A stretch of DNA of 64,000 nucleotides from Syntrophales bacterium (GCA_963668175.1 OY764159.1:992001-1056000); one strand, 5' to 3'. Positions 40,190 to 58,663 are shown, counted from the stretch's first letter. Numbers and translations: made by a program. Notes: generated by a model from the sequence alone, not told the origin.

Positions 40190-40615
40190 ATGGCAAAGAA
40201 AGTTATCGCGAACATCAAACTTCAGATCAAGGCAGGAAAGGCAACGCCGTCTCCCCCGATCGGACCGGCCCTTGGTCAGCACGGGGTCAACATCATGGAG
40301 TTCTGCAAGGCATACAATGCCATGACGCAAAACCAGGAGGGCATGGTCATTCCCGTCGTCATTACCGTATATGCAGACCGGTCTTTCACCTTCGTCACGA
40401 AGACGCCGCCGGCATCCGTTCTTTTGAAACAGGCGGCCAAAATCGCCAAGGGTTCGGGGAACCCGAAGAAGGAGAAGGTCGGCGCCGTCACGGCAAAGCA
40501 GGTGAAAGAAATCGCCGAGCTGAAGTACAACGATTTAAACGCGGTCAATCTGGAGGGCGCGATTAAGATCATCGAGGGAACCGCCCAGTCGATGGGCATC
40601 GAAATTACAGGATAA
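40190..40615 (+). CDS. rplK: 50S ribosomal protein L11
   Basis: [15 protein letters not shown]. Confidence 0.98.
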   Translation: MAKKVIANIKLQIKAGKATPSPPIGPALGQHGVNIMEFCKAYNAMTQNQEGMVIPVVITVYADRSFTFVTKTPPASVLLKQAAKIAKGSGNPKKEKVGAVTAKQVKEIAELKYNDLNAVNLEGAIKIIEGTAQSMGIEITG

Positions 40616-40635
40616 AAATCAACAGGGGTCAGATC

Positions 40636-41334
40636 ATGTCAAAGCGAGGCAAGAGTTATATCAGTGTAAAGAAGAACGTGGAGCCGGGGAAGCGTTATAC
40701 CCTCAAGGAAGCCCTTGATCTGGTCTGCGGTTCGGCCCGGGCGAAGTTCGACGAAACGGTGGACGCAGCCATCCGGTTGGGCGTCAATCCCCAGCATGCC
40801 GATCAGATGGTCAGAGGGAGCGTCGTCCTGCCCAACGGGCTCGGGAAATCCGTCCGTGTGCTTGTTTTCGCCAAGGGCGAGAAGGAAAAAGAGGCCACCG
40901 ACGCCGGCGCCGACCTTATCGGTTCCGATGAAATCGTCGAAAAGATCAAGGGCGGATGGTTCGAATTTGATCGCGTGATCGCGACGCCGGACATGATGGG
41001 TACTGTCGGGAAACTGGGAAAGGTACTGGGACCCCGGGGGCTGATGCCCAATCCGAAAGTGGGTACCGTAACGTTCGACGTCGGCAAGGCCGTGCAGGAA
41101 CTCAAGGCCGGAAAAGTGGAATTCCGCGTGGAAAAAGCAGGCATCGTCCATACGGGGATCGGGAAGGCCTCCTTCGGGGCCGACAAGCTCTTGGAGAATG
41201 TCACCGCCTTGATCGAGACGATTCTCAAACTCAAACCGGCGTCGAGCAAAGGGACGTACGTCCGCAGCATTTCGCTGTCGACCACGATGGGGCCGGGAGT
41301 CAGGGTGGATCCCCTGGATGTAAGAGGAGTCTAA
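40636..41334 (+). CDS. rplA: 50S ribosomal protein L1
   Basis: [17 protein letters not shown]. Confidence 0.98.
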   Translation: MSKRGKSYISVKKNVEPGKRYTLKEALDLVCGSARAKFDETVDAAIRLGVNPQHADQMVRGSVVLPNGLGKSVRVLVFAKGEKEKEATDAGADLIGSDEIVEKIKGGWFEFDRVIATPDMMGTVGKLGKVLGPRGLMPNPKVGTVTFDVGKAVQELKAGKVEFRVEKAGIVHTGIGKASFGADKLLENVTALIETILKLKPASSKGTYVRSISLSTTMGPGVRVDPLDVRGV

Positions 41335-41347
41335 GCGTTTATACGAA

Positions 41348-41400
41348 GTCGGAGACAGCAGGTACGGACGTTTAATCGATGACCATCGGCCTGCCGAGAC
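41348..41400 (+). promoter_or_regulatory. L10 leader (r-protein autoregulatory RNA)
   Basis: GTCGGAGACAGCAGG...TTAAT...CCTGCCGAGAC pattern upstream of rplJ. Confidence 0.7.
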
Positions 41401-41535
41401 ATCAGAATATAGAACAGAGGTTTGTTGTACCGTTACTTTCTGTATGATGGGCTCGTTCTCCGGCTTTCATAAAGCCGCGAATGCCGAAATGGATGTTGGC
41501 GGCGGAAGTGAAATAAGGAGAAAGGAGGTTAAGGA

Positions 41536-42060
41536 TTGGATCGAAAAACGAAGGAGCAAGTTGCTGCAGAGCTTCACAAGAAATTGAAAACGGCTAAGCT
41601 CACCGTTCTGGCCGGATACAGCGGCATGGACGTGGAGAAGATGACAGCCTTGAGGAATTCTCTGCGGAAAACGGACACGGAGCTCAGGGTTATCAAGAAC
41701 ACCCTGTTCCGAATCGCATCCAAGGACACGTCGGTCAGTATCCTCGACAAGCACCTGAAGGGTCCGCTGGTTATGGCCCTGAATTGTGGTGATGTCGTCG
41801 AGCCCAGCAAGATCCTGGTGGAATTCGCCAAAAAGAACGCCGAACTGGAGATCAAACTGGGCGTTTTGGACGGAAAACTGCTCACCAAGGATCAGATTTC
41901 CGCGTTGGCCGAACTGCCGAGCCGTGAGGTTCTCATTGCCAAGCTGCTGTCGGTGATGGTCGGAGCACAGACGTCGCTGGTCAGCGTTCTCAATGCAGTG
42001 CCCAGGGGGCTGGTGAACGTTCTGGATGCCTATCGGAAAAAAAAGGAATCAAACCAATAA
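41536..42060 (+). CDS. rplJ: 50S ribosomal protein L10
   Basis: VIKNTL, LAELPSRE; TTG start with AAGGAGG SD. Confidence 0.96.
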   Translation: MDRKTKEQVAAELHKKLKTAKLTVLAGYSGMDVEKMTALRNSLRKTDTELRVIKNTLFRIASKDTSVSILDKHLKGPLVMALNCGDVVEPSKILVEFAKKNAELEIKLGVLDGKLLTKDQISALAELPSREVLIAKLLSVMVGAQTSLVSVLNAVPRGLVNVLDAYRKKKESNQ

Positions 42061-42084
42061 TATCATACAGGAAGGATGAATAAG

Positions 42085-42468
42085 ATGGCTATCACGAAAG
42101 AAGACGTTGTCAAGTATATTGAAAGCATGACCGTTCTGGAATTATCGGAACTGGTAAAGGAATTGGAAGAGAAATTTGGTGTTTCTGCTGCCGCACCGGT
42201 AGCCGTAGCCGCAGTGGCGGCCGGCGGTCCTGCCCAGGCAGCCCCCGCCGAGGAGAAGACCGAGTTTGATGCGATCCTGACAGGGTTCGGTGAGCAGAAG
42301 ATTCAGGTTATCAAAGAAGTGCGGGCCATCACGGGTCTCGGTCTGAAGGAAGCGAAAGACCTCGTGGAGGGCGTGCCCAAACCCATCAAAGAAGGCGTTT
42401 CCAAGGACGAAGCAGCCGACATTAAAGCCAAGATCGAAAAAGCAGGTGGAACGGTAGAGATCAAATAG
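42085..42468 (+). CDS. rplL: 50S ribosomal protein L7/L12
   Basis: [25 protein letters not shown]. Confidence 0.98.
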   Translation: MAITKEDVVKYIESMTVLELSELVKELEEKFGVSAAAPVAVAAVAAGGPAQAAPAEEKTEFDAILTGFGEQKIQVIKEVRAITGLGLKEAKDLVEGVPKPIKEGVSKDEAADIKAKIEKAGGTVEIK

Positions 42469-42565
42469 ACACGCCTTCAGGTGTTTCTTAAGTGTTCCGG
42501 GGACGGCAGGGTTTTCCAAACCTTGGTCCCCCGGATAACGAACGATCCTATTTTGAAAGGATGCT

Positions 42566-45500
42566 ATGGGCGAGTTCAGAAAAAATTTCGGCCACATTAA
42601 GAAAGTCCTGGATATACCGAATTTGATTGATATCCAGGTGAAGTCCTACGAGAAATTTTTACAGACGGATGACGAACCGGAGCAGCGCAAGAATTTCGGG
42701 CTCCAGGGCGCATTCAAGAGCGTTTTCCCCATCTCGGACTTCAGCGGGAAATGCTCACTCGAGTTTGTCAGCTACAAAATCGGTAATGTCCGCTACGACG
42801 TGAAGGAGTGCATTCAAAAGGGAATGACCTTTGCCGCTCCCCTCAAGATCGTCGTAAGACTCGTTGTATTCGACGTAGACCGCAGCACCGAGCAGAAACT
42901 GATCCGGGACATCAAGGAGCAGGAGATCTATTTCGGTGAGATTCCGTTGATGACGTGCAACGGCACCTTCATTGTCAACGGAACGGAACGGGTCATCGTC
43001 AGCCAGCTCCACCGGTCCCCGGGTATCTTTTTCGACCATGATAAGGGAAAGACCCTGGCGAGCGGAAAGTTGATCTATTCCGCCCGGGTCATTCCGATCC
43101 GGGGGTCGTGGCTGGATCTGGAATTCGATTCCAAGGACCTTCTTTACGCCCGCATCGACAGAAGAAGAAAAATGCCCGTAACGATTCTCCTCAAGGCCAT
43201 GGGGAACACGACGGAATTCCTCCTGAACTATTTTTACAATATCGAGCGTATCATCCTGGAGGGGAACGACCTCTTCATCGCGGTAGATGAAGCCCTGGTG
43301 GGCGGGAAGATATCGGAAGACATCAAAGACCCCAAGAGCGGGGAGATTATCGTTAAGAAAGGCAGAAAACTTACCAAGATCAATATCAAGAAGATGACCG
43401 ACCTCAAAATCAAGAGGATTGCGGTCAATGAAGGCGAAGTCATCGGGAAAGTCCTGGCTTCGGATGTTCCGGATCCAGGTACGGGCGAGGTTCTTCTGAA
43501 ATGCAACGAAGAACTGACGTCGCAGGGGCTGGACCTCGTCAGGGAAAAAGGCATCACGGAACTCAGGTTCATTCATCTCGACGAAGACAGTGCCAACGCC
43601 TCCATCCGGGATACCTTGCTCATGGACCGCACCGAGTCTTCGGAGGATGCGATCATCGAGATTTACCGGAGACTCCGGCCGAGCAACCCGCCGACGCCGG
43701 AAACCGCGCAGAAGTTCTTCAACAGCCTCTTCTTCGAACCGGAGACGTACGATCTCTCCGACGTGGGACGGGCCAAGATGAACTATAAGCTGCACCTCGA
43801 CGTATCCACGAACATCACCGTTCTGCGCAACGAGGACATCCTGGCGGCGGTGAAATACCTGATCGACCTGAAAAACGGCGTCGGCGACCGCAGCGTGGAC
43901 GACATCGACCACCTGGGCAACCGGCGCGTCAGGTCCGTCGGCGAACTCATAGAAAATCAATACCGGATCGGCCTGGTGCGGATGGAGCGCGCCATCAAGG
44001 AGAAGATGAGCCTTCAGGACATCGAGACCATGATGCCCCACGACCTGGTCAACGCCAAGCCGGTATCGGCGGTGGTCAACGAATTTTTCGGCAGCAGCCA
44101 GCTCTCCCAGTTCATGGACCAGACGAACCCCCTGTCGGAAATCACCCACAAGCGGAGACTCTCCGCCCTGGGGCCCGGCGGTTTGACCCGTGAACGGGCC
44201 GGGTTTGAGGTCCGCGACGTTCATCCGACCCATTACGGCCGGATCTGTCCCGTCGAGACCCCGGAAGGTCCCAATATCGGGTTGATCGTATCCCTGAGCA
44301 CATATGCCCGGGTCAACGAATTCGGGTTCATCGAAACGCCCTACCGGATCGTCAAGAGCGGAAAAGTCCTCGACGACGTTTCCTACCTGACGGCCATCGA
44401 GGAGGAAGACCGGATCATCGCCCAGGCCGACAGACCCCTCGACCGGAGCGGCAAATTTACGGAAGAACTCATCTCCGCCCGAAAAGGCGGCGATTTTCTT
44501 AATGTGGAACCGGAAAACATCAACCTCATGGATGTTTCCCCCAATCAGCTGGTCAGCGTGGCCGCGGCCCTGATCCCCTTCCTGGAACATGACGACGCAA
44601 ACCGCGCCTTGATGGGATCGAACATGCAGCGCCAGGCCGTTCCCCTGATGAAGCCGGCGTCGCCTCTTGTCGGGACGGGCATGGAGCATGTCGTCGCCAG
44701 GGATTCGGGGGCCGTTGTCGTGGCGAGCCGCGACGGCGTGGTCGAAAATGTCGATGCCTCCCGGATCGTCGTCAAGAGCGACATTCGCGAGAGGGGCGAA
44801 ACCGATACGGGCGTCGATATCTACAACCTTACGAAGTACCAGCGCTCCAACCAGGATACCTGCTTCAACCAGAAGCCCATCGTCAATAAGGGGGACCGCG
44901 TCAGCAAAGGCGACATCATTGCGGACGGCCCCGCCACGGATAACGGCGAGTTGGCTTTGGGACGCAACGTCATGGTCGCCTTCATGTCCTGGGGCGGCTA
45001 CAATTACGAGGATTCGATCCTCGTCAGCGAGCGCGTGGTCAAAGAAGATATTTACACGTCGATTCACATCGAGGAATTCGAGACCATGGCCCGGGATACC
45101 AAGCTGGGCAAGGAAGAGATCACCCGGGACATCCCTAACGTAGGCGAGGAGGCTCTGAGAAACCTCGACGAAAGTGGCATCGTCCGGATGGGCGTCTTTG
45201 TGAAGCCGGGGGACATCCTGGTGGGCAAGATCACGCCGAAGGGCGAAACCCAGCTCTCTCCGGAAGAAAAACTCCTGCGGGCGATCTTCGGCGAAAAGGC
45301 GAGCGACGTCCGCGACACATCCTTGCGGGTTCCTCCCGGCGTGGAAGGGACCGTCATCGACGCCAAGATATTTACGCGGAAAGGCGCCGAGCGGGACAGC
45401 CGCTCCCAGTCCATCGAAGACGAAGCGATGAGACTCCTGGAGAAGGACCGGGACGACGAGATCCGGATCATCGAGGACGGCGTGAAGAGCCAGATCTACA

Positions 45501-46660
45501 ATATGCTGATCGGGAAGGTCAGCGATGCGAAGATCATGGACCCGAAAAAGAAGAAAATCCTCCTCAAGAAAGGCGAAACCATTACGGACGAATTCCTGAG
45601 CAAGGCGCCTTTCAGTCTGTGGAAAGAGATATCGCTGGCCAACGACGAGGATACGGAAAAGAGCATCAACGTTCTTTTTGAAAATTTCTCCCGGAAAGTG
45701 GAATTCGTCGAGGCCTTCTTCGAGGAGAAGATCGAAAAGCTGAAGGCCGGCGACGAACTGCCGCCCGGCGTCATCAAACTGGTCAAGGTGTATATCGCCA
45801 TCAAGCGCAAGCTCTCCGTCGGCGACAAGATGGCGGGCCGCCACGGCAATAAGGGCGTTCTGTCGAGAATCCTCCCCGAGGAAGACATGCCCTATTTCCG
45901 CGACGGTACGCCTGTGGACATCATCCTGAACCCGCTCGGGGTCCCCTCGCGCATGAACGTGGGGCAGATCCTCGAAACCCATCTGGGCTGGGCCGCCAAG
46001 GGTTTGGGAGAGAAGATCAACCAGATGCTGGATAAGACCACCCAGATAGCCCAGGTCAAAACGGAGTTGAAAAAACTCTATGGGTCGTCGGCTGAATTTG
46101 AGAACTTCGTGGACGGTGCGAGCGAAGACGAGATCAAACGGTTCATCCAGCGGTTGAAAAAAGGCATACCGATGGCCACGCCGGTCTTTGACGGCGCGGA
46201 AGAGAGCGAGATCCGGGATATGCTCAAGAAAGCCGACCTGCCCGAGAGGGGGCAGAGCATTCTTTTCGACGGCCGGACGGGAGAGCCCTTCGAACAGGAA
46301 GTCACCGTCGGCATGATTTACATGCTCAAGCTGCACCACCTGGTCGACAACAAGATCCATGCCCGGTCCATCGGGCCGTATTCCCTCGTTACCCAGCAAC
46401 CGCTGGGCGGCAAGGCCCAATTCGGCGGCCAGAGACTGGGCGAAATGGAAGTCTGGGCGATGGAAGCCTATGGCGCCGCCTATTCGCTCCAGGAATTTCT
46501 CACGGTCAAATCCGACGACGTGGCGGGCAGAACGAGAATTTACGAAGCGATCGTCAAAGGCGAACACACGCTCGAACCAGGGTTGCCGGAATCTTTCAAC
46601 GTACTCGTCAAAGAACTGCAAAGTCTTTGCCTGGATGTGGAATTGATAGAAGAAGAGTAA
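42566..46660 (+). CDS. rpoB: RNA polymerase beta subunit
   Basis: [27 protein letters not shown]. Confidence 0.99.
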   Translation: MGEFRKNFGHIKKVLDIPNLIDIQVKSYEKFLQTDDEPEQRKNFGLQGAFKSVFPISDFSGKCSLEFVSYKIGNVRYDVKECIQKGMTFAAPLKIVVRLVVFDVDRSTEQKLIRDIKEQEIYFGEIPLMTCNGTFIVNGTERVIVSQLHRSPGIFFDHDKGKTLASGKLIYSARVIPIRGSWLDLEFDSKDLLYARIDRRRKMPVTILLKAMGNTTEFLLNYFYNIERIILEGNDLFIAVDEALVGGKISEDIKDPKSGEIIVKKGRKLTKINIKKMTDLKIKRIAVNEGEVIGKVLASDVPDPGTGEVLLKCNEELTSQGLDLVREKGITELRFIHLDEDSANASIRDTLLMDRTESSEDAIIEIYRRLRPSNPPTPETAQKFFNSLFFEPETYDLSDVGRAKMNYKLHLDVSTNITVLRNEDILAAVKYLIDLKNGVGDRSVDDIDHLGNRRVRSVGELIENQYRIGLVRMERAIKEKMSLQDIETMMPHDLVNAKPVSAVVNEFFGSSQLSQFMDQTNPLSEITHKRRLSALGPGGLTRERAGFEVRDVHPTHYGRICPVETPEGPNIGLIVSLSTYARVNEFGFIETPYRIVKSGKVLDDVSYLTAIEEEDRIIAQADRPLDRSGKFTEELISARKGGDFLNVEPENINLMDVSPNQLVSVAAALIPFLEHDDANRALMGSNMQRQAVPLMKPASPLVGTGMEHVVARDSGAVVVASRDGVVENVDASRIVVKSDIRERGETDTGVDIYNLTKYQRSNQDTCFNQKPIVNKGDRVSKGDIIADGPATDNGELALGRNVMVAFMSWGGYNYEDSILVSERVVKEDIYTSIHIEEFETMARDTKLGKEEITRDIPNVGEEALRNLDESGIVRMGVFVKPGDILVGKITPKGETQLSPEEKLLRAIFGEKASDVRDTSLRVPPGVEGTVIDAKIFTRKGAERDSRSQSIEDEAMRLLEKDRDDEIRIIEDGVKSQIYNMLIGKVSDAKIMDPKKKKILLKKGETITDEFLSKAPFSLWKEISLANDEDTEKSINVLFENFSRKVEFVEAFFEEKIEKLKAGDELPPGVIKLVKVYIAIKRKLSVGDKMAGRHGNKGVLSRILPEEDMPYFRDGTPVDIILNPLGVPSRMNVGQILETHLGWAAKGLGEKINQMLDKTTQIAQVKTELKKLYGSSAEFENFVDGASEDEIKRFIQRLKKGIPMATPVFDGAEESEIRDMLKKADLPERGQSILFDGRTGEPFEQEVTVGMIYMLKLHHLVDNKIHARSIGPYSLVTQQPLGGKAQFGGQRLGEMEVWAMEAYGAAYSLQEFLTVKSDDVAGRTRIYEAIVKGEHTLEPGLPESFNVLVKELQSLCLDVELIEEE

Positions 46661-46738
46661 ACAATAGGTACGGGGTGCGCGGGTCCGGTTGAATAACGGG
46701 CCGGCGCACGGGGCTTAATTCCAAAGGAGAGATAAGCC

Positions 46739-50896
<4,158 letters not shown>

Positions 50897-50972
50897 TATC
50901 TACGCCATCTTTTGCAGCGTCAGTTATCCTTATTTAGCGTAAAGGGCAGGGACACAGGTTTCAGGAGGAAAG

Positions 50973-51829
<857 letters not shown>

Positions 51830-51927
51830 ATAATCGTGGCGACGATTGAGCCACCCAAGAAAGCGAAACTTAACGACAAAGGGCAAGAGAATACAGAACC
51901 ATTCAAAGCTGAAGGAGGTATGTTGCA

Positions 51928-53121
51928 ATGGCAAAGAAAAAATTTGAGAGGACGAAGCCGCATCTGAATGTAGGTACCATTGGGCACGTGGATCATGGCA
52001 AGACCACGCTAACTGCTGCGATTACGAAGCACTTGGCTAAGAAGGGTATGGCCGAGTTCCGGCCCTTTGATTCGATCGACAATGCTCCCGAAGAAAAAGA
52101 GAGAGGCGTTACGATCAATATTTCCCACGTGGAGTATGAAACGGACAAAAGACATTATGCCCATGTCGACTGCCCTGGTCACGCGGACTACATCAAGAAC
52201 ATGATTTCCGGAGCGGCGCATATGGATGGTACTATCCTCGTGGTTGCAGCCTCCGATGGTCCGATGCCCCAGACAAGAGAACATATCCTCCTTGCCAGAC
52301 AAGTCCAAGTCCCTTACATCGTCGTATATATGAATAAGGTCGACCTCGTCGACGACCCCGAACTCCTCGATCTCGTAGAGCTGGAATTGAGAGAGCTCCT
52401 TACCGAATACGATTTCCCCGGTGACGAAATTCCCATCATCCGGGGTTCTGCGCTGAAGGCGCTGGAGACGGACGATTCAAGTTCCGAAGATGCCAAATCG
52501 ATCTGGGAGCTCATGGCGGCCGTCGATAACTATATTCCGGAACCTCCCCGCGACCTCGACAAGCCTTTCCTTATGCCGATCGGTGACGTCTTCTCGATCT
52601 CCGGACGCGGAACAGTCGTTACGGGCCGTGTTGACCGCGGTATCGTGAGGACCGGTGAAGAAGTCGAGATCGTCGGCATCCGGCCGACCTTCAAGACCGT
52701 CTGCACGGGTGTTGAAATGTTCAGGAAGACCCTCGACGAAGGGCGCGCCGGCGACGATATCGGTGTCCTCCTTCGCGGTACGAAGCGTGAGGAAGTCGAA
52801 AGGGGGCAGGTTGTCGCCAAGCCGGGTTCCATCACCCCCCATACCAAATTCCAGGCCGCTGTCTACGTTCTGACCAAGGAGGAAGGCGGCCGGCATACGC
52901 CGTTCTTCAACGGCTATCGTCCCCAGTTCTATTTCCGGACAACCGACGTGACCGGTGTTGCAACCCTGCCGGAAGGCGTAGAAATGGTTATGCCCGGTGA
53001 TAATGTCAACCTGGAAATTCAGCTGATTACCCCGATCGCCATGGAAGAGCAGCTGCGGTTCGCTATTCGCGAAGGCGGTCGCACGGTCGGTGCCGGCGTC
53101 GTCAGCAAGATTCTGGAATAG
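51928..53121 (+). CDS. tuf: Elongation factor Tu
   Basis: [30 protein letters not shown]. Confidence 0.99.
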   Translation: MAKKKFERTKPHLNVGTIGHVDHGKTTLTAAITKHLAKKGMAEFRPFDSIDNAPEEKERGVTINISHVEYETDKRHYAHVDCPGHADYIKNMISGAAHMDGTILVVAASDGPMPQTREHILLARQVQVPYIVVYMNKVDLVDDPELLDLVELELRELLTEYDFPGDEIPIIRGSALKALETDDSSSEDAKSIWELMAAVDNYIPEPPRDLDKPFLMPIGDVFSISGRGTVVTGRVDRGIVRTGEEVEIVGIRPTFKTVCTGVEMFRKTLDEGRAGDDIGVLLRGTKREEVERGQVVAKPGSITPHTKFQAAVYVLTKEEGGRHTPFFNGYRPQFYFRTTDVTGVATLPEGVEMVMPGDNVNLEIQLITPIAMEEQLRFAIREGGRTVGAGVVSKILE

Positions 53122-53246
53122 CGAAAGCATAAGAAAACGTGCCTGCCGGGAGTGTTCCGGATGCGGTTCATCCGGACGGTTAACACCGGCAGGAATCATT
53201 TAACGCGGACGGGTTTTAACGTCCCCTATTTTGAGTTGATAGATCC

Positions 53247-53555
53247 ATGAAAGACCAGAAGATTAGAATTCGCCTTAAAGCCTACGATTACAAGCTGCTG
53301 GATCGTTCGGTGGAAGACATCGTCGATACGGCCAAGAGAACCGGAGCCAGGGTAGCCGGCCCCATTCCTTTGCCGACGGGTATCAACAAGTACTGCGTCA
53401 ACCGGTCTCCGCACGTGGATAAGAAATCGCGGGAGCAGTTCGAGATCAGAACGCACAAGCGGCTGGTCGATATTATCGAACCCACCCAGGCGACGGTCGA
53501 TGCTTTGATGAAGCTGGATCTTTCAGCCGGTGTGGACGTCGAGATAAAGCTATAG
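53247..53555 (+). CDS. rpsJ: 30S ribosomal protein S10
   Basis: [23 protein letters not shown]. Confidence 0.99.
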   Translation: MKDQKIRIRLKAYDYKLLDRSVEDIVDTAKRTGARVAGPIPLPTGINKYCVNRSPHVDKKSREQFEIRTHKRLVDIIEPTQATVDALMKLDLSAGVDVEIKL

Positions 53556-53632
53556 TCTCTGGGCGAGAATAGGAGATGGATGCCCCATGAACATTCATCT
53601 CCTCATATTTTATTCATGAAGATTGTGACGAG

Positions 53633-54262
53633 ATGGAAACAGGACTGATAGGAAAGAAACTGGGGATGACCCAGGTATACATGGACGACGGCTTGGCCGT
53701 TCCGGTGACCGTCCTGGAAGTGGAGCCTTCCGTCGTTATTCAGCGGAAAACGAAGAAGGCGGACGGCTACAACGCCCTGCAACTGGGCTACGGCCGGGTG
53801 AAGCAGAAGAGCGTCAGCAAAGCGCGTCAGGGCCATTTAGCCAAAGCCGAAAAAGGTTTCTTCAGAACGCTGAGAGAAATCAAGTCCGACGAGGCCTGCG
53901 ATCCCGGATACGAGTTCAAGGTCGATATGTTCCAGAACGGCGATTTCGTCGATATCATCGGAACGACCAAGGGGAAGGGCTTTGCGGGCGGCGTGAAGCG
54001 GCACGGCTTCGGGGGCGGACGGGCGACGCACGGGTCCATGTTCCATCGTGCTCCCGGTTCCATCGGAGCGAGCGCAGATCCGTCCAGGGTCCTCAAGGGT
54101 AAGAAGCTGCCGGGACACATGGGAGACGAGAGGAAGACCGTTCAGAACATGATGGTCGTCGCCGTCCGGAGCGAAAGGAATCTGCTCCTGGTCAAGGGGG
54201 CTGTCCCGGGGAGCAAGAACAGTATAGTCGTCATAAAAAAATCGAAAAAGAAAAACGGATAA
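53633..54262 (+). CDS. rplC: 50S ribosomal protein L3
   Basis: GKKLGMTQ, KGKGFAG, PGHMG. Confidence 0.98.
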   Translation: METGLIGKKLGMTQVYMDDGLAVPVTVLEVEPSVVIQRKTKKADGYNALQLGYGRVKQKSVSKARQGHLAKAEKGFFRTLREIKSDEACDPGYEFKVDMFQNGDFVDIIGTTKGKGFAGGVKRHGFGGGRATHGSMFHRAPGSIGASADPSRVLKGKKLPGHMGDERKTVQNMMVVAVRSERNLLLVKGAVPGSKNSIVVIKKSKKKNG

Positions 54263-54284
54263 TCATATTCCGGGAGTGTAGAAA

Positions 54285-54905
54285 ATGCCCGTTTTGCCCG
54301 TATACGATATCGAAAAGAATAAAGTTTCCGACATTGAACTGAACGATGCGGTCTTCGGCACGGAAGTCAATGAAGCGGTCATATACGAAGTCGTCAGAAT
54401 GCAGATGGCGTCGAGAAGGCGCGGTACGGCGGCCGTAAAGGGAAGAAGCCAGGTCAGCGGCGGAGGAAAGAAACCCTGGAGACAAAAAGGTACAGGCAGA
54501 GCACGGGCGGGCACGACGCGATCGCCTCTCTGGAGAAGCGGCGGTATTGTTTTCGGTCCGACTCCGAGGGATTACAGCTACAAGGTGCCCCGGAAAGTAC
54601 GGAGGGCCGCGTTGGTATCGGCCCTCAGCATGAAGTACCGGGAAGAGAAAATGCTGATCCTCAAAGACTTCCCCATGGACGAAATCAAAACCAAAAAATT
54701 CAAGGCGGTGGTTGACCGTTTCGGGCTGACAAAAGCGCTGTTCGTGATTCCCGAATCGATCCCCGTTCTGGAAAAGTCATCGCGGAACATCCCGGATGTA
54801 AAAATGATTAGATCAGAGGGTATCAATGTGTACGACCTGCTCAAATACGACCATGTCGTTCTGCTGGAGCCTTCTGTCAAGATGATCGAAGGGGCCTTGT
54901 TGTAG
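54285..54905 (+). CDS. rplD: 50S ribosomal protein L4
   Basis: KPWRQKGTGRARAG. Confidence 0.98.
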   Translation: MPVLPVYDIEKNKVSDIELNDAVFGTEVNEAVIYEVVRMQMASRRRGTAAVKGRSQVSGGGKKPWRQKGTGRARAGTTRSPLWRSGGIVFGPTPRDYSYKVPRKVRRAALVSALSMKYREEKMLILKDFPMDEIKTKKFKAVVDRFGLTKALFVIPESIPVLEKSSRNIPDVKMIRSEGINVYDLLKYDHVVLLEPSVKMIEGALL

Positions 54906-54907
54906 CC

Positions 54908-55195
54908 ATGGAAATCCATCAAATTGTCAAGAGAGCGATCATTACCGAAAAGAGCACGATTCTCAAGGATGCTGCGAATCAGTATATCTTTGAAGTCGAT
55001 GCCCGTGCGAATCGCATTGAGGTCGGCCAGGCCATTGAGAAGCTTTTTAAAGTGAACGTCCTCGATGTCCGGATGATGAATGTTCTGGGAAAGAAGAAAA
55101 GAATGGGCCGGGTGATCGGTCAGAAGCGTTCATGGAAGAAAGCCGTCGTGACCCTGGCTCCCGGAAATCGGATCGAGGTTCATGAAGGGGTATAA
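54908..55195 (+). CDS. rplW: 50S ribosomal protein L23
   Basis: [13 protein letters not shown]. Confidence 0.97.
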   Translation: MEIHQIVKRAIITEKSTILKDAANQYIFEVDARANRIEVGQAIEKLFKVNVLDVRMMNVLGKKKRMGRVIGQKRSWKKAVVTLAPGNRIEVHEGV

Positions 55196-55215
55196 GGGAA
55201 AAGGAACCAGAGGAA

Positions 55216-56037
55216 ATGGGAATTAAAAAATACAAGCCAACATCGCCGGGAAGAAGATTTCAGACGTGTGCCGACTTTGAGGAGATCACGTCGAGCGAGC
55301 CTGTCAAGAGTCTGACTCGTCCGATAAGAAGGACGGGAGGACGCAATAACAACGGCCGCGTTACGAGCCGCCATATGGGTGGCGGGCACAAGAGGAAATT
55401 CAGGCTGATCGATTTCAGGCGCGACAAATCGGATATCCCCGCCAAGGTAGCCACCATCGAGTATGATCCCAACCGATCTTCCAGGATCGCCCTTCTTCAC
55501 TATGCCGACGGTGAAAAACGGTATATCGTTGCACCGGACAAACTGAACGTCGGCGAAATGATCGTCAGCAGCGACAAGGCCGATATCAAAACGGGCAATA
55601 CCATGCCCCTGAAGAGCATTCCCCTGGGTACCCTGATTCATAACCTGGAACTCAAGGTGGGCCGCGGGGCGCAGATGATCAGATCGGCGGGAACGTATGG
55701 GCAGCTGATGGCCAAGGAAGGCAGTTACGCCCAGGTGCGCCTGCCGTCGGGTGAGGTCCGCAAGATCTTTATGGAGTGCCGGGCCACGATTGGACAGGTC
55801 GGCAATCTCGAGCACGAGAATCTGAGCATCGGCAAGGCGGGTCGGACAAGATGGCTGGGCAAGCGTCCCCATGTCCGGGGCGTGGCGATGAACCCGATCG
55901 ACCATCCGATGGGCGGAGGCGAAGGAAAATCTTCCGGCGGGCGCCATCCCTGTACGCCGTGGGGTGTTCCGACCAAGGGCCACAAGACAAGATCGAACAA
56001 ACGTACGGATAAATATATCATCAAGAGAAGGGGTTAA
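55216..56037 (+). CDS. rplB: 50S ribosomal protein L2
   Basis: [25 protein letters not shown]. Confidence 0.99.
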   Translation: MGIKKYKPTSPGRRFQTCADFEEITSSEPVKSLTRPIRRTGGRNNNGRVTSRHMGGGHKRKFRLIDFRRDKSDIPAKVATIEYDPNRSSRIALLHYADGEKRYIVAPDKLNVGEMIVSSDKADIKTGNTMPLKSIPLGTLIHNLELKVGRGAQMIRSAGTYGQLMAKEGSYAQVRLPSGEVRKIFMECRATIGQVGNLEHENLSIGKAGRTRWLGKRPHVRGVAMNPIDHPMGGGEGKSSGGRHPCTPWGVPTKGHKTRSNKRTDKYIIKRRG

Positions 56038-56040
56038 GCG

Positions 56041-56322
56041 GTGGCGCGTTCAATCAAGAAAGGTGCGTATATCGAGGAGAGATTACTGGAGAAGGTGAGA
56101 CAGGCCGAAGCGACGGGGAGCAAGGCCGTGATAAAGACGTGGTCCCGCCGCTCCACCATTACACCCGAATTGATCGGACAGACTTTTGCCGTTCATAACG
56201 GAAAGAAATTCATCCCGGTGTTCGTTACGGAAAACATGGTAGGACATAAGCTTGGCGAGTTTGCCCCGACGCGAACGTTCTTCAGCCATGCCGGCGACCG
56301 TAAGTCCAAGGTTAAGAAATAA
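56041..56322 (+). CDS. rpsS: 30S ribosomal protein S19
   Basis: [18 protein letters not shown]. Confidence 0.99.
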   Translation: MARSIKKGAYIEERLLEKVRQAEATGSKAVIKTWSRRSTITPELIGQTFAVHNGKKFIPVFVTENMVGHKLGEFAPTRTFFSHAGDRKSKVKK

Positions 56323-56364
56323 ACGAAGTAAGTCCGAGAGAGGATGTCTGGAGTCAATAAGAGT

Positions 56365-56697
56365 ATGGAAGCAAGAGCTATTGCAAAGTATGTTCGCATG
56401 TCGCCTCAGAAAGTCCGTCTGGTGGTGGACCTGATCCGGGGAAAGAAGGTCGACGAGGCCAAGAAAGTCCTGATGTTCACCAGGAAGAGCGCTGCGGGCG
56501 CGGTGGACCGGGTCCTGAAATCGGCCATAGCCAATGCGAAGCAGAATCCGAACATGGATGAGAATATCCTCTTCGTGAAGGAAGTGTTCGTCGATCAGGG
56601 GCCGTCGCTGAAGCGTTGGAGGGCAAGGGCGCAGGGAAGAGCGGCTTCGATCAAGAAAAGAATGAGCCATATAACGGTTGTTTTGGCCGAACAATAA
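56365..56697 (+). CDS. rplV: 50S ribosomal protein L22
   Basis: [26 protein letters not shown]. Confidence 0.98.
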   Translation: MEARAIAKYVRMSPQKVRLVVDLIRGKKVDEAKKVLMFTRKSAAGAVDRVLKSAIANAKQNPNMDENILFVKEVFVDQGPSLKRWRARAQGRAASIKKRMSHITVVLAEQ

Positions 56698-56719
56698 TCG
56701 GCTTTAAGGAGGTGGAAGT

Positions 56720-57367
56720 TTGGGTCAGAAGGTTAATCCGATCGGGTTCAGGCTGGGCGGTATCAAGACGTGGCGGTCACAGTGGTACGCTGACAAGAAC
56801 TACAGCGATCTCATCCACGAAGATATCAAGATCAGGAAATATCTGAAGAAGAAGCTTTATCACGCCGGGATATCGAAAATCGACGTTGAGAGGGCTGCCC
56901 AGAAGGCCAAAGTCAATATTCACGCTGCTCGGCCGGGAATCATCATCGGCAAAAAGGGATCGGAGATAGAGAAGTTAAAGAAAGACCTGGAACAGATCAC
57001 CTCAAGCGAGGTTATTGTCAATATTCTGGAAGTTCGCAAACCCGAAGTTGACGCCCAGCTGGTTGCCGAAAACGTCGCCCTGCAGTTGGAACGGCGCGTC
57101 GCTTTCCGGCGGGCCATGAAGAAATGCGTGCTGTCCGCTCTTAAATTCGGTGCCAAGGGAATCAGGGTCAACTGCGCAGGCCGTCTCGGCGGCGCGGAAA
57201 TGGCGCGTTCCGAGTGGTACAGGGAGGGGCGGGTGCCGCTCCACACGATCCGGGCCGACATCGATTTCGGATTTGCCGAAGCCCATACGGCTTACGGACT
57301 GATCGGGGTCAAGGTCCTGGTCTTCCACGGCGAGATCCTGCCCGACAAGAAAGAGGTTGAGCGATAA
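56720..57367 (+). CDS. rpsC: 30S ribosomal protein S3
   Basis: [18 protein letters not shown]. Confidence 0.99.
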   Translation: MGQKVNPIGFRLGGIKTWRSQWYADKNYSDLIHEDIKIRKYLKKKLYHAGISKIDVERAAQKAKVNIHAARPGIIIGKKGSEIEKLKKDLEQITSSEVIVNILEVRKPEVDAQLVAENVALQLERRVAFRRAMKKCVLSALKFGAKGIRVNCAGRLGGAEMARSEWYREGRVPLHTIRADIDFGFAEAHTAYGLIGVKVLVFHGEILPDKKEVER

Positions 57368-57386
57368 GAAGAGGGGTACCTGAACA

Positions 57387-57809
57387 ATGTTGATGCCGAA
57401 AAGGGTGAAATACAGAAAGCTGCAGCGGGGACGGATGGGAGGCAAAGCCATCCGCGGTTCCAGCGTAACTTTCGGAGAATATGGTCTGCAGGCGGCCGAA
57501 TGCGGTTGGATTACGGCAAGACAGATCGAGGCGGCTCGTATCGCCATGACCCGTCACGTCAAGCGCGGCGGCAAGATCTGGATCCGGGTTTTCCCGCAAA
57601 AATCGATTACCAAGAAGCCCGCCGAAACACGCATGGGAAAGGGAAAGGGAGCCCCCGAGGAATGGGTGGCCGTCGTGAAACCCGGCATGGTCATGTATGA
57701 AATGGAGGGTGTTTCCAAGGACGTAGCCAAAGAAGCCTTTCGCCTTGCGGCCCACAAGCTTCCCATCGCCACCAAGTTCTTAGCGCGGGAGGTTGCAGAT
57801 GAAAATTAA
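57387..57809 (+). CDS. rplP: 50S ribosomal protein L16
   Basis: [18 protein letters not shown]. Confidence 0.99.
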   Translation: MLMPKRVKYRKLQRGRMGGKAIRGSSVTFGEYGLQAAECGWITARQIEAARIAMTRHVKRGGKIWIRVFPQKSITKKPAETRMGKGKGAPEEWVAVVKPGMVMYEMEGVSKDVAKEAFRLAAHKLPIATKFLAREVADEN

Positions 57810-57999
57810 AGACATCAAGGAACTGGGGTTGGCGGAGCTTAAGCAGAAGAACAGAGACTTGCAGGAAGAACTGTTTCGCCTTCGTATCAGGCACACGACA
57901 GGTCAGCTGGATTCCACGGCGACACTGGGGAAGGTGAAGAAGGATATCGCCCGGATTAAAACCGTGCTCAGAGAAAAGGAGGCCGGCGGTTCGCAATGA
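57799..57999 (+). CDS. rpmC: 50S ribosomal protein L29
   Basis: [15 protein letters not shown]. Confidence 0.96.
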   Translation: MKIKDIKELGLAELKQKNRDLQEELFRLRIRHTTGQLDSTATLGKVKKDIARIKTVLREKEAGGSQ

Positions 58000-58253
58000 A
58001 GGAACGTGGCAATAAAAGGACGATCAAAGGCGTTGTGATCAGCAACAAAATGGACAAGACCATCGTCGTCCGTTCAGAAAGAATCGTAAAGCACCCGGTA
58101 TTTCAGAAATATGTCCGGAGACACGTGAAATACATGGCCCATGATGAAGAAAACCGCTGTCAAATCGGCGACAAGGTTCTGATCGTGGAATCAAGGCCTC
58201 TCAGCAAGGAAAAACGTTGGAGAATCCGCGAGATTCTGGAGAAGGCGAAGTAG
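57996..58253 (+). CDS. rpsQ: 30S ribosomal protein S17
   Basis: KMDKTIVV, AHDE, SRPLSK. Confidence 0.98.
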   Translation: MKERGNKRTIKGVVISNKMDKTIVVRSERIVKHPVFQKYVRRHVKYMAHDEENRCQIGDKVLIVESRPLSKEKRWRIREILEKAK

Positions 58254-58294
58254 CATAAGGGAAAATACAGCGGTTTAATGTTGGGAGTGTTGTT

Positions 58295-58663
58295 ATGATT
58301 CAGATGCAGACCATCTTAAATGTGGCGGATAACTCAGGCGCGAGGAAGGTCGCGTGCATCAAGGTCCTTGGCGGGTCCAAAAGAAGATATGCCAGTGTGG
58401 GCGACGTGATCGTCGTCTCCGTTAAAGAAGCCCTTCCGAATTCGAAAGTGAAAAAGGGCGACGTGATGAGGGCCGTCATCGTAAGGACCGTGAAGGAAGT
58501 TCGGCGCCCCGACGGTTCATTTCTGAAATTTGACGATAATTCCGCGGTCCTGATCTCCAACCAGATGGAGCCGATCGGAACCAGAATATTCGGACCAGTA
58601 GCGAGGGAACTTCGAGCGAAGCAATTCATGAAGATCATCTCACTTGCTCCCGAGGTCTTATAA
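58295..58663 (+). CDS. rplN: 50S ribosomal protein L14
   Basis: [19 protein letters not shown]. Confidence 0.99.
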   Translation: MIQMQTILNVADNSGARKVACIKVLGGSKRRYASVGDVIVVSVKEALPNSKVKKGDVMRAVIVRTVKEVRRPDGSFLKFDDNSAVLISNQMEPIGTRIFGPVARELRAKQFMKIISLAPEVL